From Eledone cirrhosa (lineage: Eukaryota), in assembly GCA_964016885.1 (NCBI GenBank), contig OZ024743.1, positions 322,524,001 to 322,588,000 of the forward strand: a stretch of DNA of 64,000 nt. Direction: 5' to 3'. The position numbers and the translations under genes are program-made. Under the pieces are notes generated by a model, which worked only from the letters and a program-made list of their open reading frames with translations, did no database searches and was not told the DNA's origin. Shown here in pieces: positions 58,047-64,000 of this stretch. How positions within the stretch are numbered: the first letter of the stretch is position 1; every line of letters begins with the position of its first letter.

Positions 58047-60374
58047 TTATTGTTCATTTAGCTTGGGTTTGAATTTATCAATAAAATTCTTTTCTTTGAT
58101 TTTTCTCTTGATTTCATTTGGGCTGTGTAATTTGTAGAATGGGAATATTATAAATATTCCCTGACCACATGTTGCCAGGTGGCCGCTTAGGGGTATCTGA
58201 CGGACATTTGGGTCTCTGATTTGTTGACGGTGTACCCGTGCACGTTCCGATAGTGCATTTCCAGTTTGACCGACATATAGTTCTTCACAATTCGGGCATT
58301 TAATGCAGTAAATTAGATTTCTGCTTTTGCAGTTCATATTTGCATTTGTGAATATTTTTCCAGTTTTTGTTTTCATATATTGACCGGCGTGTATGGATTG
58401 ACATGTGCCGCATCGATTATCATTGCATTTAGATACAGTGAATGATTGGTCTTTGTTGTTAAGGTCAAACTTTGCTTTTGTTAGCAATTGCTTCAAATTT
58501 TTTGGCTGTCTTTTACTAAGAGTCAAAGATCGATCTGTGATTAAGCCTTTTAATTCATTACTTTGAGCAATGATCGGTAGGTTTGCTTTGGCAGTGTTGA
58601 AGATATTCTGGTGACATGGGTTGTGTGTCATTATAAATGGTATGACCAGTTCTTGGTTTCTTCTTCTTTGGGTTGTTCTAAGTTGTTGTATAGGTATTTT
58701 TATAGCCCGCTGTATGCCATTTTCTATAAGTAGAGATGGGTATTTTTGTTTGAGCAAAAATTCTCTTAGTTCTGTTAGGCGTTTGTACCTGGTATTCGTA
58801 TCTTCTACAATGGTACAAATTCTTCTGGCTAGGCAGTATGGGATGTTGCGTTTTGTATGAGGTGGATGGCACGACTTAAAATTCAGATATTGATGGGTGT
58901 CTGTGTGTTTATAATATATATCCGTGGTAATGGTGGTGTCGTTTTTGATTATCATTATATCTAGGAATGGTAATTTGGTCCTACTCATCTCTTTTGTGAA
59001 TTGGAGAGATGGGTGTAGGTTATTCAGGAGGATATTGAACTCATCCAGAGTATCTAGAGATTCTGTCCAGATGATGAAACAGTCGTCAAGGTATCTCTTC
59101 CAAGAATTTTCAATGTACTTTCTAAAGTCAGTACTATATTTTTCCTCTATTTCTTGGTAGAGTTGTTGTTCTAAGTATCCCATTACAGAGTTCGCGTAAA
59201 CGGGAGCAAACTTCGTTCCCATCGCTGTGCCTCTAATTTGGATGTAATTCTTTCCATTGAAGAAGAAAGTGTTGTTTTCCAGAATAAGTTTAACTGCGTC
59301 TAATATAAATGGCGCTGTGAATCTAATGGGAATCACTTCTCTATGTTTTTCCACCCAGTATTTAACCGCCTTTATTCCTAAATCATGTGTAATGTTGGTG
59401 TAAAGGCTTACCACATCAAAACTGAGTAGAAGTGAATTCGTTTCCGTGGTTTTGGGAAGATGGGACAGGAAGTCGATATCATCCCGGATGAAACTGGGTA
59501 TGTGAATACATAGTGGTTTCAAAATAATGTCAACAAAATTGCTTAGACGGTGAGTGGGGCATGTTGGACCAGCTATAATAGGTCTAAGTTTTAAGTCTTT
59601 TGGGTGTAATAATTTAATGTACTCACTGTTTTGTTCTCTTACTGCCAGTTGTATTTCTTTTGACTTGTGAACTTTCGGTAGGCCATACAGGTTGCTGGGT
59701 TTCGGCTCAAAATTGGTGATGTAGTCTCTTTCCTTATCAGTAAATGAGTTGTGGTATTTTGAAGCCAGGTTGTTGATCTTCTTCATGATGTTGTGGTCTA
59801 TATTTGACGGTATTTCATGATAGAATGTTGTGTCTTTCAGTTGTTCCTCAACCAAATCCTTGTAGTATTCAGTATCCATTATAACAACTGCACCCCCTTT
59901 ATCTGCTTGTTTAATTATTATTGTTTTATCATTTTGTATACGTTTAAGTGCAGACATTTCTGATTTGTTAATGTTTGGCCTAACATTAGTATTATGTCTA
60001 AGAGGAAATTTAGACAGGATGTCAATGTATTGGTCGAGATAGATATTTCTTCCTTTTGGCGGAGTGAAATTTGATTTATTCTTTACTAGTGATTCATCAC
60101 TCTCATTATTTTTATCAGCGAAGAATTCTACAAGACGTAATTTTCGACAGAATTCTTGGGTATCCTCCTTCAGTTCTTGGTGGTTGACTGTTGGAGTCGG
60201 TGTGAATTTCAGTCCTTTTGACAGAATTTGCATTTCATCATTGTCAAGATCTCTTTTAGATAAATTAATTATTTTAGGATCTACGTGTACAGCTGTTTTG
60301 GGTATGTTTCCTCCTGGAGTTTTTCTTTTTCCGGTTTTTGTTGTCCTGACGTTAAAAAATGAATTTTTCTCTGT
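58047..60374 (-). CDS. PLE reverse transcriptase + GIY-YIG endonuclease (frame open from 60374; first ATG at 60233)
   Basis: IINLS..LSKGLKFTP, ADKGG, LYGLPKVHK, RPII, SFDVVSLYT, GTAMG, YLDD, PFLD, and LIYCIKCPNCEELYVGQT (CxxC inside GIY-YIG, Neptune-type). Confidence 0.93.
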   Translation of the reverse strand, partial: TEKNSFFNVRTTKTGKRKTPGGNIPKTAVHVDPKIINLSKRDLDNDEMQILSKGLKFTPTPTVNHQELKEDTQEFCRKLRLVEFFADKNNESDESLVKNKSNFTPPKGRNIYLDQYIDILSKFPLRHNTNVRPNINKSEMSALKRIQNDKTIIIKQADKGGAVVIMDTEYYKDLVEEQLKDTTFYHEIPSNIDHNIMKKINNLASKYHNSFTDKERDYITNFEPKPSNLYGLPKVHKSKEIQLAVREQNSEYIKLLHPKDLKLRPIIAGPTCPTHRLSNFVDIILKPLCIHIPSFIRDDIDFLSHLPKTTETNSLLLSFDVVSLYTNITHDLGIKAVKYWVEKHREVIPIRFTAPFILDAVKLILENNTFFFNGKNYIQIRGTAMGTKFAPVYANSVMGYLEQQLYQEIEEKYSTDFRKYIENSWKRYLDDCFIIWTESLDTLDEFNILLNNLHPSLQFTKEMSRTKLPFLDIMIIKNDTTITTDIYYKHTDTHQYLNFKSCHPPHTKRNIPYCLARRICTIVEDTNTRYKRLTELREFLLKQKYPSLLIENGIQRAIKIPIQQLRTTQRRRNQELVIPFIMTHNPCHQNIFNTAKANLPIIAQSNELKGLITDRSLTLSKRQPKNLKQLLTKAKFDLNNKDQSFTVSKCNDNRCGTCQSIHAGQYMKTKTGKIFTNANMNCKSRNLIYCIKCPNCEELYVGQTGNALSERARVHRQQIRDPNVRQIPLSGHLATCGQGIFIIFPFYKLHSPNEIKRKIKEKNFIDKFKPKLNEQ

Positions 60375-61630
60375 TCAGGATTTATATTCCTGTTGGTGTT
60401 CGCTTGATGAACTTTTGGTCGTGATATTATATTTGGTTTCGTTATGTATTTTGTCCTATTTTTGGTATTCTGTATATTATTTTTCTTCCTGTTAGCATTA
60501 TTTTTAACAATCTGGGAAAATGACCTAGGTTTGCTTTCAGGTTTAGATCGTTTTTTCGTCCAGTTTCTTGTGGGCAATCTCTGTTGAGATCTTGAGAGTG
60601 ATCTGGTTATTCTACGTTTTGTTTCCACATTCCTTGTTGGTAGTCTCTGTTGAGATCTTGAGAATGATCTCCTGGTTTTACTACTTCTCATGGTCTGGTC
60701 AAAGGAATACCTATCGTGTTTGTGCTTTTTGTTCATGTTGTGTGCGATAGGGTGTTTTTGTAGAAAAAGCGAAGAGTTATTACCGTAGTTCTTCTTTGAT
60801 TCAAGGTAAGGTGAGTGTTTGTGTTGGCACGTGTTCTGGCGTATGTTGTGTTGATGAGATTGTCCACTTTTAATGCTTTTTCTCAGGGTTCCAGAGTCTT
60901 TACCGTAATTTGCAGCATATTCATCGAGAAATAATTGTTTCTGCTGCCATACCTTTCTTGATTTGTTTTCTTCTTTTGAGATATCTCCGATCCATAGTTC
61001 TCGTAGTTTTTCAGCTATAATACCAGTCGTTAGCTTTGAAATTTCAACTTCAATTTGGTCATCAATAGCTTCATATTTGGCTTTGTAGCGGGATTGTTTA
61101 CATTCAGAAATGGAGATGTCGGTCCTGAATTTTGTCAATGTAAGTTCCCATCGGAGTTTTGTTTCTTCTTCTGGTTCTCCTGCAATTTCTGTAATTAGGT
61201 ATTTACGAGGGAGTATGGGTGCCGTTAGAGAGAGCCATTTCGAATGTGTTTCGACATATTTTTCGCATCTGTATGCTTTCCAGAAATTTTGTTTTCTTAT
61301 GTTAAGAAATTTTTTCCATGTCTTCCACATTTCTTTTCTTATTCGATGTGTTTTGTTTTCCAAATTTCTTTCGTTTATTTCTGACATCCAAGGGGGTTGT
61401 GGTAGGCTTTCTCTTGTATCTTTGATAACTGTTGGTATAATTTCAGCTAAATTCTTAATTTCAGAGTTTATATGTTCAGTTATAAGTTTTCCGTCTGTAG
61501 ATTGTTTTTCTATTTCCTTTAAAATAGAGGATTGTGTGTCCATCATCGTGATAAGTGTTGATAATTTCGATGATATCTCCTTTAGAATTCTTTCTGATTC
61601 TGTTGGTTTCATTTGTTGCTTTCCAGACAT
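60281..61630 (-). CDS. PLE ORF1, 449 aa, helical/coiled-coil-like N half and basic low-complexity C half
   Basis: Uninterrupted ORF inside the repeat unit; good start context gccaacATG; no family recognised. Confidence 0.75.
   Translation of the reverse strand: MSGKQQMKPTESERILKEISSKLSTLITMMDTQSSILKEIEKQSTDGKLITEHINSEIKNLAEIIPTVIKDTRESLPQPPWMSEINERNLENKTHRIRKEMWKTWKKFLNIRKQNFWKAYRCEKYVETHSKWLSLTAPILPRKYLITEIAGEPEEETKLRWELTLTKFRTDISISECKQSRYKAKYEAIDDQIEVEISKLTTGIIAEKLRELWIGDISKEENKSRKVWQQKQLFLDEYAANYGKDSGTLRKSIKSGQSHQHNIRQNTCQHKHSPYLESKKNYGNNSSLFLQKHPIAHNMNKKHKHDRYSFDQTMRSSKTRRSFSRSQQRLPTRNVETKRRITRSLSRSQQRLPTRNWTKKRSKPESKPRSFSQIVKNNANRKKNNIQNTKNRTKYITKPNIISRPKVHQANTNRNINPEQRKIHFLTSGQQKPEKEKLQEETYPKQLYT
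60353..60359 (-). promoter_or_regulatory. Candidate -1 ribosomal frameshift slippery site T_TTT_TTA
   Basis: ORF1 codons CAT TTT TTA lie near the start of the ORF1/ORF2 overlap; ORF2 is in the -1 frame. Confidence 0.7.
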
Positions 61631-61712
61631 GTTGGCATATACACAATAGGAATATATATATAGATATAGATAGGTAAATATACACGGGTGTGTATGATTG
61701 TGTATAGAAGAT

Positions 61713-64000
61713 TATATTAATAAGAGGAATTCCAACTTTGTCTGATTTACTCGTTTTATTTACAATCCTTTAAAATATATATAATGGTATTATAATGAAA
61801 TAGTATGATAGAATATTAAATTCTAAGTGTTAATTGAACAAGTACTTTCATGCTTTCGCAATCTTCAGGTTCATGATATGTGGTGACAGTCGAGTTTGCA
61901 ATTTTCAACTGTAATGAGATGGGTAAATTTCCTACCTTTTATACATTTTATACATTTTATACAGAGAAAAGTGGCTCCAGAATGCAAAGCCCTGTAAACT
62001 GTATTTCGACCAATCAGTGTGTAGTTTCACTGAATTACTACAGCTGATTGGTTTAAGCGTCACGGCTGGTTGAACATGCTAACGACCAATAGTCATATCC
62101 AACGTATCAATTGTTTTGCTTTTTTGAAATGATGAAAATAGCATTTTCTATTAATCATCACCATCAACATCACTTTTATTATTATTATTATTGTTGTTGT
62201 TGTTGTTGTTAGTGGTCGTGGTCATAGTGGTAGTAGAAGTAATACCCCTAGGCGTTATTATTGTTCATTTAGCTTGGGTTTGAATTTATCAATAAAATTC
62301 TTTTCTTTGATTTTTCTCTTGATTTCATTTGGGCTGTGTAATTTGTAGAATGGGAATATTATAAATATTCCCTGACCACATGTTGCCAGGTGGCCGCTTA
62401 GGGGTATCTGACGGACATTTGGGTCTCTGATTTGTTGACGGTGTACCCGTGCACGTTCCGATAGTGCATTTCCAGTTTGACCGACATATAGTTCTTCACA
62501 ATTCGGGCATTTAATGCAGTAAATTAGATTTCTGCTTTTGCAGTTCATATTTGCATTTGTGAATATTTTTCCAGTTTTTGTTTTCATATATTGACCGGCG
62601 TGTATGGATTGACATGTGCCGCATCGATTATCATTGCATTTAGATACAGTGAATGATTGGTCTTTGTTGTTAAGGTCAAACTTTGCTTTTGTTAGCAATT
62701 GCTTCAAATTTTTTGGCTGTCTTTTACTAAGAGTCAAAGATCGATCTGTGATTAAGCCTTTTAATTCATTACTTTGAGCAATGATCGGTAGGTTTGCTTT
62801 GGCAGTGTTGAAGATATTCTGGTGACATGGGTTGTGTGTCATTATAAATGGTATGACCAGTTCTTGGTTTCTTCTTCTTTGGGTTGTTCTAAGTTGTTGT
62901 ATAGGTATTTTTATAGCCCGCTGTATGCCATTTTCTATAAGTAGAGATGGGTATTTTTGTTTGAGCAAAAATTCTCTTAGTTCTGTTAGGCGTTTGTACC
63001 TGGTATTCGTATCTTCTACAATGGTACAAATTCTTCTGGCTAGGCAGTATGGGATGTTGCGTTTTGTATGAGGTGGATGGCACGACTTAAAATTCAGATA
63101 TTGATGGGTGTCTGTGTGTTTATAATATATATCCGTGGTAATGGTGGTGTCGTTTTTGATTATCATTATATCTAGGAATGGTAATTTGGTCCTACTCATC
63201 TCTTTTGTGAATTGGAGAGATGGGTGTAGGTTATTCAGGAGGATATTGAACTCATCCAGAGTATCTAGAGATTCTGTCCAGATGATGAAACAGTCGTCAA
63301 GGTATCTCTTCCAAGAATTTTCAATGTACTTTCTAAAGTCAGTACTATATTTTTCCTCTATTTCTTGGTAGAGTTGTTGTTCTAAGTATCCCATTACAGA
63401 GTTCGCGTAAACGGGAGCAAACTTCGTTCCCATCGCTGTGCCTCTAATTTGGATGTAATTCTTTCCATTGAAGAAGAAAGTGTTGTTTTCCAGAATAAGT
63501 TTAACTGCGTCTAATATAAATGGCGCTGTGAATCTAATGGGAATCACTTCTCTATGTTTTTCCACCCAGTATTTAACCGCCTTTATTCCTAAATCATGTG
63601 TAATGTTGGTGTAAAGGCTTACCACATCAAAACTGAGTAGAAGTGAATTCGTTTCCGTGGTTTTGGGAAGATGGGACAGGAAGTCGATATCATCCCGGAT
63701 GAAACTGGGTATGTGAATACATAGTGGTTTCAAAATAATGTCAACAAAATTGCTTAGACGGTGAGTGGGGCATGTTGGACCAGCTATAATAGGTCTAAGT
63801 TTTAAGTCTTTTGGGTGTAATAATTTAATGTACTCACTGTTTTGTTCTCTTACTGCCAGTTGTATTTCTTTTGACTTGTGAACTTTCGGTAGGCCATACA
63901 GGTTGCTGGGTTTCGGCTCAAAATTGGTGATGTAGTCTCTTTCCTTATCAGTAAATGAGTTGTGGTATTTTGAAGCCAGGTTGTTGATCTTCTTCATGAT
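61713..64000 (-). mobile_element. Second tandem Neptune-like unit, cut by the window edge
   Basis: Appears identical to 57502-59789; ORF 62258-63997 translates identically; HHR at 61835-61873. Confidence 0.92.

Noticed and set aside
60375-60377. UGA/Sec readthrough into the Neptune RT frame
   Set aside because: No SECIS is seen, and the long upstream ORF is in a different frame; the -1 frameshift explains the layout better.
61110-61649. 179-aa antisense ORF over PLE ORF1
   Set aside because: Likely a shadow ORF caused by codon bias on the coding strand.

Overview
AT-rich eukaryotic DNA made almost entirely of microsatellites and transposable elements. The SINE types and very long (TA)n/(CA)n/(CATA)n tracts suggest an octopus/cephalopod genome (inference). 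I found no host gene exon, and most ORF-track entries are microsatellite artefacts. Recognisable elements are decayed LINEs (RTE-like, R4/Dong-like RLE, CR1-like, L1/Tx1), two mariners, several MITEs, tRNA-derived SINEs, a 26-bp satellite, and Penelope-like elements (PLEs) resembling Neptune, Naiad and Nematis. The main find is an apparently intact, tandem 4211-bp Neptune-like PLE. It has an extra 449-aa ORF1 that overlaps the RT-GIY-YIG ORF in the -1 frame at a T_TTT_TTA slippery heptamer, suggesting a gag-pol-like programmed frameshift. The window also holds hammerhead ribozyme (HHR) motifs from several unrelated repeat families sitting in (TA)n tracts, including one with a 90-nt stem II and one in a non-coding retrozyme-like unit. 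A covarying K-turn-like RNA hairpin occurs twice. Structures and alignments were read by eye, so boundaries are approximate.
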